Shown here piece by piece: positions 30,048 to 39,496 of a stretch of 64,000 nt of DNA. A program made the position numbers and the translations under genes. A model generated the notes under the pieces. That model was given only the letters and a program-made list of their open reading frames with translations, had not been told where the DNA came from and ran no database searches. Origin of the DNA: Pseudomonadota bacterium. Lineage in GTDB: Bacteria > Bdellovibrionota_C > UBA2361 > SZUA-149 > DAOLCO01. The stretch's first letter is position 1; each line of letters begins with the position of its first letter. The stretch spans positions 215,291 to 279,290 of the forward strand of contig JAIYCX010000031.1 in the NCBI GenBank assembly GCA_027487795.1, in the 5' to 3' direction.

Positions 30048-31466
30048 TTACGAAGAACTCGTAAATAAAGCATCGTGAACTATATTTAAGGCTCTAGGAA
30101 TTAAGGATTCTTCGATAACACAAGAGATACTCATCTGTGTAGTTGCCTGAGTAATCATTTCCACAGGTATAGAGCCTGCGGAAAGGGCTTTAAGCATATA
30201 AGATGCTGAAAATGTTTGTTTTTGAAGCCCTTCTCCAACCAAGGCTAAAATAGCCCTGCCTTCTCTAATCTCCACCTTGCCCAAAGTCTCTAATTTCCCT
30301 AATGCCATTTTCAACTTAAGTGGATCATTTACGGTACATGAAACCGTTATTTCTGAAGTTGAAACCAGATCTACAACCAAATCAAATTCATCCAATATAG
30401 AAAAAAGTTTCATTAAAAAACCTTTTGCATCATACATTCGATTAGAAGTAACACTTAGAACGGTTACGCCTGATTTTGCTGTTACTGCAGTTGGTTGCCC
30501 TAATTTAACATTGCTACTATCTTTTATTAAAGTTCCTAAATCATCAGGTTTTAGAGAATTCAATACTCTTATTGGAATCCCAACCGAAGTAACTTGCTCC
30601 ATTGTGTAAGGATGAATAACTTCAGATCCGAAAAATGTTAACTCAGCTGCTTCCACAGGAGAGAGAAAATCTAATACTTTTGCATTAGCAACTTTTCTTG
30701 GATCCGCAGTAAAAACCCCATCAACTTCTTTCCAAATTTGTAGTTCTTTTACACGACTAGATGAAAAACTTTTTGCAACTAAGGCTGCTGTTAGATCGCT
30801 GTACCCGCGCCCAATAACTTCTAAAATCCCATTAGGTAATCTACCAAAAAAACCAGTAACGACAGGAATTACATCCGTATAATTTTTATTATCAATTAAA
30901 TTACTTATTTTATTTTTAAATTCATTTGTACATCTTGAATAAAGCCTATCAACTTCTCGAAGTTCTATCGTATCTATTTCTTCTTCATTTAATACTTCAG
31001 ATAAATCACAAGAGATTGCATTAAGACCATTAATTTCCAAAATTCGAGAGATAACTAAAGAACTAAGTTTTTCTCCCAAAGAAATTATTTTATCTAGGCT
31101 CTTATTTGAAACCTCACCAATCTTAGCAATAGCAACAAGAAATTCCTTTAATGAATTTAACTCTACATCTATTATTTCTGTTATTTTAGAATCGTTACTA
31201 CCTATGACTTGATCTATCACATATAAATGCTGGTCCCTTAAGCTCGCTAATTCTTTCTCATAAGAAAGGCCCTCTACTGCATTCTTTGCAGCCCTAAGTA
31301 AAAGATTTGTAGACCCTTCAGCTTTACTTTTTCCGCTTATTGCAGAAACTACTAATATTAGTTGATATTTTTTTACTGCATGCTTAACGATAGAGATTAA
31401 AGAAAATACTCTATCTGGACTACCTAAACTGGTGCCCCCAAATTTTTGAACTAATATCGGTTTCAT
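30048..31466 (-). CDS. lysC: Aspartate kinase
   Basis: 'ILVQKFGGTSLGSPDRV' and 'LVVSAISGKS' amino-acid-kinase motifs, plus C-terminal tandem ACT domains. 472 aa. Confidence 0.85.
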   Translation of the reverse strand: MKPILVQKFGGTSLGSPDRVFSLISIVKHAVKKYQLILVVSAISGKSKAEGSTNLLLRAAKNAVEGLSYEKELASLRDQHLYVIDQVIGSNDSKITEIIDVELNSLKEFLVAIAKIGEVSNKSLDKIISLGEKLSSLVISRILEINGLNAISCDLSEVLNEEEIDTIELREVDRLYSRCTNEFKNKISNLIDNKNYTDVIPVVTGFFGRLPNGILEVIGRGYSDLTAALVAKSFSSSRVKELQIWKEVDGVFTADPRKVANAKVLDFLSPVEAAELTFFGSEVIHPYTMEQVTSVGIPIRVLNSLKPDDLGTLIKDSSNVKLGQPTAVTAKSGVTVLSVTSNRMYDAKGFLMKLFSILDEFDLVVDLVSTSEITVSCTVNDPLKLKMALGKLETLGKVEIREGRAILALVGEGLQKQTFSASYMLKALSAGSIPVEMITQATTQMSISCVIEESLIPRALNIVHDALFTSSS

Positions 31467-31507
31467 GAGATCTAAAGTATCAAATATTAAAATAAAGCTC
31501 CAGTTCC

Positions 31508-31963
31508 ATGACGATACAAGAACAAGAAAAATATATGCTAATTGCCCTTGGGGAGGCTAAAATTGCTGCTAGCAAGGGCGAAGTCCCAGTAGGAGCACTT
31601 ATTGTCTGCGGATCAGAGATTATTTCAAAAGCTCATAACCTAGTGGAGAGCGATAACAATATCACTGCACACGCAGAAATATTAGCTATCACTAGAGCAG
31701 AAAAAGTCTTAAATAATTGGAGACTTAACGAAGCCATTTTATTTACCACCTTGGAGCCTTGTCCTATGTGCTGTAGTGCCATAATACTTAGTCGTGTCAA
31801 AACTGTTGTATTTGGTACCAGCGATAAAAGGCTTGGCTCCTGTGGCTCAGTGTTTGATCTATCACAGCACCCTCTTATGCCAAGTAATCCACAAATAATT
31901 GGTGGGGTATTAGAAAAAGAATGTTCTAGTATCTTAAGCGACTTTTTTTCAAAAATAAGATAA
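31508..31963 (+). CDS. tadA: tRNA-specific adenosine deaminase
   Basis: 'HAEILAI' and 'PCPMCCSAI' cytidine/adenosine-deaminase zinc motifs. 151 aa. Confidence 0.85.
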   Translation: MTIQEQEKYMLIALGEAKIAASKGEVPVGALIVCGSEIISKAHNLVESDNNITAHAEILAITRAEKVLNNWRLNEAILFTTLEPCPMCCSAIILSRVKTVVFGTSDKRLGSCGSVFDLSQHPLMPSNPQIIGGVLEKECSSILSDFFSKIR

Positions 31964-31990
31964 AACTAATTTAAAAATCGGAAACTAATT

Positions 31991-33025
31991 ATGCCTAAAA
32001 TTATTCACGAACAAGGAATAGCTGCTATCGATCTAGCAAAAGAGCTTAAGCTAGAAATACTAGGCTCTAAAACCTGCACCGCAAAAACTGTAGAAGCTAT
32101 AGAAGATGCAAAACCTTATTGCTTAACTTTTTTCAAAGGTAAATCTGAATTACTACTTGAATCACTTACTCAATCTCTAAATAATGTTGTAATAATAATT
32201 CCAGAAAAACTTAAAAATTCTCCCCTCCCTAAGGATTCAGCATACATACTTTCAAATGATCCTTTCAAAAGTTTCTTAAATCTTATTCCAAAATTCTTTG
32301 AAAGTGACGTATCAGAATATCAGATTCATCCAACTTCAGTTATTCATCCTAGTGCTATCATTAAACAAGGGGCACAAGTTGGACCATTCTGCTCTATCGC
32401 AAAAGATGTAGTAATAGGAGAAAATTGTATCATTCATTCAAATGTTACAATTTATCCAAGAGTGAACGTTGGTAAAAATTCAATAATTCATAGCGGTGCA
32501 AGCATCAGAGAGGATGTTATCATTTCTGAAGAATGTATTATACAAAACGGTGCCGTTATTGGCGGAGACGGGTTTGGTTATATTCCAGATAGTCAAAAAG
32601 GTCTTATAAGTGTTCCTCAAATAGGAAATGTTGTTTTAGAAAAAAATGTGGACGTTGGAGCAAATACTTGTATCGATAGGGCAACACTTGGTAGTACTAA
32701 AATCGGCTCAGGAAGTAAGGTAGATAACCTAGTTCAAATTGGACATAATACCCAAGTGGGCTCGTTCTCGATAATATGCGGACAGGCCGCAATAGCAGGT
32801 AGTTCAAAAATAGGAAATCAAGTTATCTTAGGTGGAAACGTAGGTGTCGCAGATCATACAGAAATCGCAGATGGTGCAAGATTTGCGGCTTTTTCTGGTT
32901 TGCATGGACACTATGAAAAGGGGGATTACGCCGGAAACCCTGCCTTACCAGCTTCAACTTATAGAAGAGTAGTAGCTAGCTTAACAAAGTTACCAGACTT
33001 AATAAAAAAGGTTAGAGGGATGTAA
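31991..33025 (+). CDS. lpxD: UDP-3-O-(3-hydroxyacyl)glucosamine N-acyltransferase
   Basis: N-terminal LpxD domain plus left-handed beta-helix hexapeptide repeats ('[38 protein letters not shown]...'). 344 aa. Confidence 0.85.
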   Translation: MPKIIHEQGIAAIDLAKELKLEILGSKTCTAKTVEAIEDAKPYCLTFFKGKSELLLESLTQSLNNVVIIIPEKLKNSPLPKDSAYILSNDPFKSFLNLIPKFFESDVSEYQIHPTSVIHPSAIIKQGAQVGPFCSIAKDVVIGENCIIHSNVTIYPRVNVGKNSIIHSGASIREDVIISEECIIQNGAVIGGDGFGYIPDSQKGLISVPQIGNVVLEKNVDVGANTCIDRATLGSTKIGSGSKVDNLVQIGHNTQVGSFSIICGQAAIAGSSKIGNQVILGGNVGVADHTEIADGARFAAFSGLHGHYEKGDYAGNPALPASTYRRVVASLTKLPDLIKKVRGM

Positions 33026-33355
33026 GTTTCAATATATAAGGATAACTAAATTGTAGCGTTAGATAAGATACTTCCAAAAACGTTCCATACCAAAACATGT
33101 CCTAAATCAAACATTCTCTTCTCACCCCAACTTAGCAAATCACACTAATAATATTTATTTTACCATAAGAATATAGGTTAAATATAGTTTTATTATATAA
33201 ATAATACGGCCTGTTTAATAGTTCTTTAAATTCAGTGAAGCATATTAACATGCATTCACTTTCATATGGGGAAGTTGGTGATAATTTGTTTTTAGCTTTT
33301 ACAAGCTAATGGTTTTACTTTTTTTAGCAACAAATTTTTCAAAAGCTTTCAAAAT

Positions 33356-33438
33356 ATGAGTTGCTCTCTGTGAAGAATACTAGAGAGAGCAACTCATATC
33401 TCGTACCCAAAATCACTTGTAGTGATCTTGGGTACGAG
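33356..33438. promoter_or_regulatory. Two adjacent near-perfect palindromes. The first is a 14-bp stem (atgagttgctctct / agagagcaactcat) with a 14-nt loop. The second is a 39-nt nested palindrome (ctcgtacccaa...atcact tgt agtgat...ttgggtacgag).
   Basis: Read directly from the sequence at 33356-33397 and 33400-33438. They sit just upstream of the likely real start (ATG at 33469) of the following ORF. Confidence 0.35.
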
Positions 33439-33468
33439 GTTTCAAACGCTGCAAAAAAGGAAAGTATA

Positions 33469-33981
33469 ATGGTCTCAAAAAATGAATCAGTTGAATGTAT
33501 GGTGTGCAAAGTTAGCTGTCAAAAAGATACCGCGAAGACTTTGTTTTTAGGAAAACTATTCTGTCCGAAGTGCTACAGTGATACCAACCAGGCCTTGGAA
33601 AAACTTATTTCGACGTGGGACATTCTAACAATTAACACTATCAAAATAAAAACTTGGTATTATAATTCGGATAAGTTTGGATTGTATTTTGGGGATTACT
33701 CAGTAAACATTCCGTCATCATGGTTTGCAGTAAAGACCACGCATTTTCAATATCGTATCCGAGAGTGGAAGTTTGACGACATAGATGGGGTGTTGGTTAT
33801 GGATCAAAGGACCAGCACTGGATCTATTGTCTTCAAGAGTGATGATCTAGCTAAGAAGTTTTTAGGCCTCAAAGGTTTGGATTACTTGCGTGTTCAAAAT
33901 TCTGAAAACCCAATTTGTTTTCCCTTTATTAATTTTAAAAGCACCGTGGCAAGTATAGATTTTGAACCTCTTACAAGTTAG
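33469..33981 (+). CDS. Hypothetical protein with an N-terminal C4 zinc-ribbon (CxxC...CxxC)
   Basis: The ORF track starts at a TTG (33361) inside the palindromes. An ATG at 33469 has a good RBS ('aaggaaag' about 8 nt upstream). 'CMVCKVSC...CPKC' is a zinc ribbon. No recognisable family. Confidence 0.4.
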   Translation: MVSKNESVECMVCKVSCQKDTAKTLFLGKLFCPKCYSDTNQALEKLISTWDILTINTIKIKTWYYNSDKFGLYFGDYSVNIPSSWFAVKTTHFQYRIREWKFDDIDGVLVMDQRTSTGSIVFKSDDLAKKFLGLKGLDYLRVQNSENPICFPFINFKSTVASIDFEPLTS

Positions 33982-34129
33982 CCTATTTTTTTTGACTAAG
34001 GTGCCAGATCTGACTTTAGCTAAGTCTACGGAGTTAGCTAATTTGTGCAAAGCGTTATGATTTATCATCAACTCTTCGCTTTTTAAATAATTTTCAGCAA
34101 CAACTTTAAATTAGGCCCCCTGCCTTTTT

Positions 34130-35383
34130 TTAAACTACCCATTTTCCTTTTTCTATTAAAGAAAAAACTTTTCCATCAAAAGTAGTAGCAACAACATCTA
34201 CATGCTCCGATGAAATCATCATATCAGTATGAACACTGCTTTCGTTACAACCAATTTCTTTTAATTGATCTTTATTCATGCTGCCACCACCTTCTACACA
34301 GAACTTATAAGCAGAACCTATCGCAATATGACATGCAGCATTTTCATCTAACAGTATTTCTTCAAAAATTATTCCCGACTTATAAATAGGCGAATCAATC
34401 CCCACTAAAGCAAGCTCTCCTAATCTTTTAGCTCCATCATCACTTGAAATGTACTCTCTAAATGTATCCTCTCCTTGCTCTGCTGAAAATTGTTTTATAA
34501 CTCCATTTTCAAACTCAAGTCTTAAATCTTTTATTAAAGTTCCATTAACTAAAAACGGCCTAGTTGTTCTCACATGACCTCTAGTCTTTCTAGCATCTGG
34601 GGTAGTAAATACTTCTTCCGTAGGAACATTTGGTTCAAAAGGAACTTCCCTAGGACTAATATCGCTACCGCCTTTAAATTTAGAATGTCGTGTTAGAAAT
34701 ACTTCTAAATCTGTTTCAGGTCCTGTAAATTTTACGGATTCTATTTTTAGGGAATTAAGCATTAATGCTCTCTGATGTAAGCTTTCATCATGTTTTTTCC
34801 ATCTGTCTAGATAATCTTCAGTATCGACTCTACAGATTTTAAATAAGTGATCCCACAATTTAATACATCCCTCGCTAGGCTCCAGATTTGGAAATAGTTT
34901 TTTTGCCCAACCTTCTGTTGCAGCAGCAGCTACGGTCCAATGAACCTTAGACTTACCAATACCTTCGTCATAAAAATATTTAATTGCAAGATGTTGGCTT
35001 AATCTAACTTTATTTATTCGCTTAGGATCTAAATCAGCTAGTATTTCTGGATATTCACTGCCGATGATTTTTAAATTGGCAGATGTCTCATCAACCATGC
35101 TTGTATATTTATTAGTAATAAAACTTGGAACAAAAGATAAATCTTCATCTTTTGAATTTAATAATCTACTTTTTAAAACACGAGGATCAACTAAATCCAC
35201 ATTTACAAATTTTGCTCCTGCGTTATAGGCAGCGTCGACAATCTCTAATACAAAATCTTCATGCGTAGTTTCTGCAGATATATTTACGACCTGTCCCTCC
35301 ACTACATTTAAACCAAATCTTATTAAAAGATCTGCATATCTTCTTCTATAAATTTTAAATTGTTCTTTATCCAAAACTTTCAC
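34130..35383 (-). CDS. Aminopeptidase, M29 family (AmpS/PepS/aminopeptidase T-like)
   Basis: 417 aa. 'RLGELALVGIDSPI...HIAIGSAY...VHTDMMI' metal-ligand region typical of thermophilic-type M29 aminopeptidases. Confidence 0.75.
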   Translation of the reverse strand: MKVLDKEQFKIYRRRYADLLIRFGLNVVEGQVVNISAETTHEDFVLEIVDAAYNAGAKFVNVDLVDPRVLKSRLLNSKDEDLSFVPSFITNKYTSMVDETSANLKIIGSEYPEILADLDPKRINKVRLSQHLAIKYFYDEGIGKSKVHWTVAAAATEGWAKKLFPNLEPSEGCIKLWDHLFKICRVDTEDYLDRWKKHDESLHQRALMLNSLKIESVKFTGPETDLEVFLTRHSKFKGGSDISPREVPFEPNVPTEEVFTTPDARKTRGHVRTTRPFLVNGTLIKDLRLEFENGVIKQFSAEQGEDTFREYISSDDGAKRLGELALVGIDSPIYKSGIIFEEILLDENAACHIAIGSAYKFCVEGGGSMNKDQLKEIGCNESSVHTDMMISSEHVDVVATTFDGKVFSLIEKGKWVV

Positions 35384-35557
35384 CTAAATTAACCTGAATT
35401 AAGTTTACTACTGCATTACAGCATAAGACGCATTTTATTATTATTTTTTTCAAAAAAACAATAACCGCAGTAATTGAGTAAAATTAAGAACTTAAAACCA
35501 CTACTTTACTACTAGGAATCTCCGATATAGTATCAGCAAACAAATATTTTAACTCAT

Positions 35558-36274
35558 ATGACCCTAGAAATACTTACCTACTCCAATCTACTAGCTCTAA
35601 TTACCTTAACTCTTCTTGAAATAGTTCTGGGATTAGATAATCTAATTTTTATTAGCATTTTAGTAGAGAAACTTGAGCATTCTAAACAAGCACTAGCTAG
35701 AACTATTGGAATATCCCTAGCACTAATTACTAGAATTATTTTACTCTTAAGCATTTCATGGATAATGAAATTAACCGAGCCAGTACTGAGCATAGGTGAG
35801 TTCTCATTTTCAGGTAGAGATTTAATCCTACTAATCGGCGGTTTATTCTTAATAGGTAAGGCCACTCATGAAATACATGAAAAAATTGATCATAAAGAAA
35901 CTATTACTACTGATAGAAAAAAAAGAGCCTCTTTTTTCCCTATCGTAATTCAAATTGCACTCTTAGATATAGTTTTTTCACTAGATTCAGTAATAACTGC
36001 AGTTGGCATGGTGGATAATATTACAATAATGATTACAGCAATAGTAATTTCCATGATCATTATGCTCCTGAGTGCAAGAAGCATTTCTGATTTTATCAAT
36101 AAGCACCCTACATTTAAGATATTAGCTCTTTCATTTTTAATACTAATTGGCGTTGTCTTAGTTTCAGAAAGTTTAGGACAGCATATTAGTAAATCGACTA
36201 TTTACTTCTCTATAGGCTTTTCAATGTTCGTTGAATTTATAAATATGAAAATAAAAGAAAAAGAAGTGCAGTAA
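35558..36274 (+). CDS. TerC-family membrane protein (second paralog in window)
   Basis: 'GLDNLIFISILV' and 'SLDSVITAVGMV' TerC repeats. 238 aa. Confidence 0.7.
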   Translation: MTLEILTYSNLLALITLTLLEIVLGLDNLIFISILVEKLEHSKQALARTIGISLALITRIILLLSISWIMKLTEPVLSIGEFSFSGRDLILLIGGLFLIGKATHEIHEKIDHKETITTDRKKRASFFPIVIQIALLDIVFSLDSVITAVGMVDNITIMITAIVISMIIMLLSARSISDFINKHPTFKILALSFLILIGVVLVSESLGQHISKSTIYFSIGFSMFVEFINMKIKEKEVQ

Positions 36275-36276
36275 CA

Positions 36277-36846
36277 ATGTTTTCAAGTACAGATATAAAA
36301 CAAGCTCTAGATTCTGGAGAACTAAAAGTATCACCACTTTTTATCGGAGCAGTGCGTCCTGGTGGTATCAGACTTCACCTTGGAGAAACTATAATAAAAC
36401 CTAAGCCAGGTATAATTGTTGATATTAAGCACAATATCTTGCCCGAATACGAAACCTTCACAATAGATGAAGAAAAAGGTTACGATCTTTTACCAGGTGA
36501 ATTTGTATTAAGCGCAACATATGAAAAAGTAACAGTAGGAAATAGTTTAGGCTTCTTAATAGAAGGAAGAAGTACACTAGCGAGGTTAGGTTTAACAATA
36601 GTACAAACTGCTATGCTCGTGTACCCAGGTCATACTGATCGAGCAATAACGCTAGAATTAGCGAACCATGGCCCTAATACTATTAGACTATACCCTCTTA
36701 TGAAAATAGCCCGAGCTGCTATTTTTGAAATGAAATCTCCTGCTGAGGAAGCCTATGATGTAAAAGGAAAATACAAGAAACAGACAGATGTTGGCCCCCC
36801 TATTTTCGAGGGTGAGATCATGAGCAAAGATAACATCGTCAAATAA
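36277..36846 (+). CDS. dcd: dCTP deaminase
   Basis: 189 aa, dUTPase-like fold with 'GRSTLARLGL' and 'HTDRAITLEL' motifs. Starts 3 bp after the TerC gene. Confidence 0.85.
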   Translation: MFSSTDIKQALDSGELKVSPLFIGAVRPGGIRLHLGETIIKPKPGIIVDIKHNILPEYETFTIDEEKGYDLLPGEFVLSATYEKVTVGNSLGFLIEGRSTLARLGLTIVQTAMLVYPGHTDRAITLELANHGPNTIRLYPLMKIARAAIFEMKSPAEEAYDVKGKYKKQTDVGPPIFEGEIMSKDNIVK

Positions 36847-36849
36847 AAT

Positions 36850-37623
36850 TTAAAAACTAAAAGTATAGTTTTTATCGCTGTTTTTTTTAGAAGAATTTCT
36901 AATCAGCTCTTTCATTTTGTTATTAGAAATACTTACAGCTTCGACCATATCCCTACCTAATGCTAAATTACTAGCTATTAAGGAAGACAATACACAACCT
37001 GTACCTCTAATATCAGAGTCTAAAGTAATCCTATTATTTTTAAACTGATAAATTTCATTTTTATAATATAAAATATCCGTGACCTCTGATATGTCTCCAT
37101 TTAAATGCCCTCCCTTAACTAAAACGGCTTTTACTAAATATTTTTCTGAAATTAATTTAGCTGCTTTAATTTGATCATCAGTATTTAATATTTGATAACC
37201 AGAGAGGATTTCTGCTTCAGATGAGTTAGGAGTAAGAATACTAGAAACCATGCTTATCTCTTTTAAAGCTTCAGGACTTATAAATTCATACCCACTAGAA
37301 CTTTTTAAAATTGGATCAAGTACTACATTCTCTATATTATTATTTTTGATAAACTTAGAGATTATCTTTAAATGAGACTCCGAAATTACACCTATCTTTA
37401 GTGCGGAAAATGAATAGTTTTGAACAAGTTCTTGTAACTGCTCTAGAATGAACGCATCTGGCACATTATAAGTACCCCTTACCCCATTTGCAGATTGAGC
37501 AGTAAGAACTGAGGCGATTGCCATTCCACGACAGCCCATTATTTCAAAAACTTTAAGATCAGAAAATATTCCAGCACTAGCACTTGGATCAAGGCCTGCT
37601 ATTGATAAGCATACTCTTTTCAT
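36850..37623 (-). CDS. thiD: Hydroxymethylpyrimidine/phosphomethylpyrimidine kinase (ThiD/PdxK family)
   Basis: 'LSIAGLDPSASAGIFSDLKVFEIMG' ribokinase-fold N-terminus and 'KGGH' near the C-terminus. Confidence 0.75.
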   Translation of the reverse strand: MKRVCLSIAGLDPSASAGIFSDLKVFEIMGCRGMAIASVLTAQSANGVRGTYNVPDAFILEQLQELVQNYSFSALKIGVISESHLKIISKFIKNNNIENVVLDPILKSSSGYEFISPEALKEISMVSSILTPNSSEAEILSGYQILNTDDQIKAAKLISEKYLVKAVLVKGGHLNGDISEVTDILYYKNEIYQFKNNRITLDSDIRGTGCVLSSLIASNLALGRDMVEAVSISNNKMKELIRNSSKKNSDKNYTFSF

Positions 37624-37668
37624 GATTAAACATATAAATATTTTTTCATATTAGTCCATATAAGCAAA

Positions 37669-38706
37669 ATGAATTCAAGTTCCGACGTAAATGTTAACTC
37701 TTACGAGTTGTTACCAACCCCTAGAGAAGTAAAAAATAAGATACCTCTCACTCCTGCCCATGAAAATCTTATTTTAGGATTTAGGAAGCAATTTGAAGAT
37801 ATTCTAGATTTCAAAGATCCAAGACTAGTAGTTGTTGTCGGACCTTGCTCCATACATGACGTTGAAGCTGGACTTGAATATGCAAACGCACTAAAAAAAG
37901 TAGCTGACGAAGTTAAAGATGAGATCTTAGTAGTAATGAGAGTTTACTTCACTAAGCCAAGAACAACTACTGGCTGGAAAGGCTTAATTAACGATCCTCA
38001 TCTTAATGATTCATTTTCTATAAATAATGGTCTGTTTATCGCCAGAAAATTTTTAGTAGATATTACTGAGATAGGACTTCCCTCTGCTACTGAAGCATTA
38101 GATGCGATTGTACCACAATACATGGATGATTTAATTTCCTGGAATGCGATTGGCGCAAGAACCACAGAGTCACAAACACATAGAGAAATGGCCAGTGGTC
38201 TGTCATCACCTGTTGGATTTAAAAATGGCACTGATGGTAGTATCCAAGTAGCTATCAATGCAATTGAAGCTGCCTCTAAGTCACATCATTTTCTTGGAAT
38301 AGATACAGACGGGCGCTGTGCAGTACTAAATACAAAAGGTAATCCCTACACTCACTTAGTTTTAAGAGGTGGAATAACTCCTAATTACGATAAGAAATCG
38401 ATAGAAGCAGTAAAGCTATCTTTAGAAGCACATAAATTACCAAAAAGAATAATGGTAGATTGTAGCCATGGAAATTCTTTAAAAGACTTCACTAAACAAG
38501 AAATTGTTTTCAAGGACTGTATTAATCAAAGAATAAATGGATCTCCTGAGATTTTTGGATTAATGCTTGAAAGTAACATAAATGAAGGCAAACAAAATCC
38601 AAATAGTACCCCACTAAAGTACGGGGTCTCAATAACGGATGCATGTCTAAATATTGAAAAAACTGTGGAACTACTTAGGTTTGCACGAGATTCATTAAAA
38701 AAATAA
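37669..38706 (+). CDS. aroG: 3-deoxy-7-phosphoheptulonate (DAHP) synthase, class I
   Basis: 'VVVGPCSIHD' and 'KPRTTTGWKGLINDP' are hallmark AroG/F/H motifs. 345 aa. Confidence 0.85.
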   Translation: MNSSSDVNVNSYELLPTPREVKNKIPLTPAHENLILGFRKQFEDILDFKDPRLVVVVGPCSIHDVEAGLEYANALKKVADEVKDEILVVMRVYFTKPRTTTGWKGLINDPHLNDSFSINNGLFIARKFLVDITEIGLPSATEALDAIVPQYMDDLISWNAIGARTTESQTHREMASGLSSPVGFKNGTDGSIQVAINAIEAASKSHHFLGIDTDGRCAVLNTKGNPYTHLVLRGGITPNYDKKSIEAVKLSLEAHKLPKRIMVDCSHGNSLKDFTKQEIVFKDCINQRINGSPEIFGLMLESNINEGKQNPNSTPLKYGVSITDACLNIEKTVELLRFARDSLKK

Positions 38707-38736
38707 TCATTTTGCAAACTTAATCTAAAGAAAAAA

Positions 38737-38830
38737 CACTTAAGATCCGATTAAGTCCTTAGGGAATGGCGCACGGATAGAGCGCATAGGGGCGGGGGCG
38801 GAAACCCTAACAAAAGAAGGATCTTAAGTG
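38737..38830 (+). promoter_or_regulatory. GC-rich nested-hairpin RNA element spanning the RBS and start codon of the downstream CheY-like gene. Candidate riboregulator or RNA thermometer.
   Basis: Outer 12-bp perfect stem cacttaagatcc (38737-48) / ggatcttaagtg (38819-30). Inner stem ttaggg / ccctaa. Core 'ggcgcacggatagagcgcataggggcgggggcgg'. The 3' arm contains the GGA of the RBS and the GTG/ATG start. Confidence 0.4.
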
Positions 38831-39250
38831 ATGAAAGAAGCCAAAAATACCACTAAAATTTTAATTATTGATAACGATCAAACAAGCTTCCAAGTTCAAG
38901 AGTGCGTAGCTAAAGCCCTAGGAACTTTAAAAAACATAGAACTTATTCATGCTGCAGATGTTACAGAAGCACTAAGCATGATAGATAAACAAATACCAGA
39001 TGCAATTTTATGCTCAGATGAAGACCACGGAGAAAAGTCATTATTATTAGATGCAGTAGGAAGATCACATCCACCGATACTATTTCAAACAGCTGATAAA
39101 AATCACTTTAAGAAAAAACAATCTCTTGAACAAGATATTATGTACGTACCTCAATATGAAACACTTGAGGGCATACACCAATTACTAACCCTAGCAGCTG
39201 CAATGGGAGAGAAGCATATGGGAATTAGAACAACACGAGCGATACATTAG
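38831..39250 (+). CDS. Single-domain CheY-like response regulator (receiver domain only)
   Basis: 'KILIIDNDQ' acidic pocket, a candidate phospho-acceptor Asp in 'AILCSDEDH', about 140 aa. The start is taken as the ATG at 38831 (the track begins at GTG 38828). Confidence 0.55.
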   Translation: MKEAKNTTKILIIDNDQTSFQVQECVAKALGTLKNIELIHAADVTEALSMIDKQIPDAILCSDEDHGEKSLLLDAVGRSHPPILFQTADKNHFKKKQSLEQDIMYVPQYETLEGIHQLLTLAAAMGEKHMGIRTTRAIH

Positions 39251-39274
39251 AAAATAAAAAAGTACTTCTAAAAA

Positions 39275-39496
39275 CTACTGTTCACTAGGTTCATTAAAAA
39301 GTCCCTGAAATTCACCTTCTATTTCTTTAAGTTGAATTTTAGTGACTTTTAATATTTCTTTACAAACCTTTACAGCTTCACTAGCTTGCTTCATCTTTGG
39401 AACTAACTCATCAACTGAAACCTTACCATCCTGAAGTTCCTTAGATAAGGTTTCAAGTATTTTAAAATTATCTTCAAATCCCTTAGCTTTCATCAT
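39275..39496 (-). CDS. xseB: Exodeoxyribonuclease VII small subunit
   Basis: 'FEDNFKILETLSKELQDGKVSVDELVPKMKQASEAVKVCKEILK' fits the XseB coiled-coil pattern. The start is placed at the internal Met (39496) to limit overlap with xseA. The track ORF extends to 39544. Confidence 0.65.
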   Translation of the reverse strand: MMKAKGFEDNFKILETLSKELQDGKVSVDELVPKMKQASEAVKVCKEILKVTKIQLKEIEGEFQGLFNEPSEQ

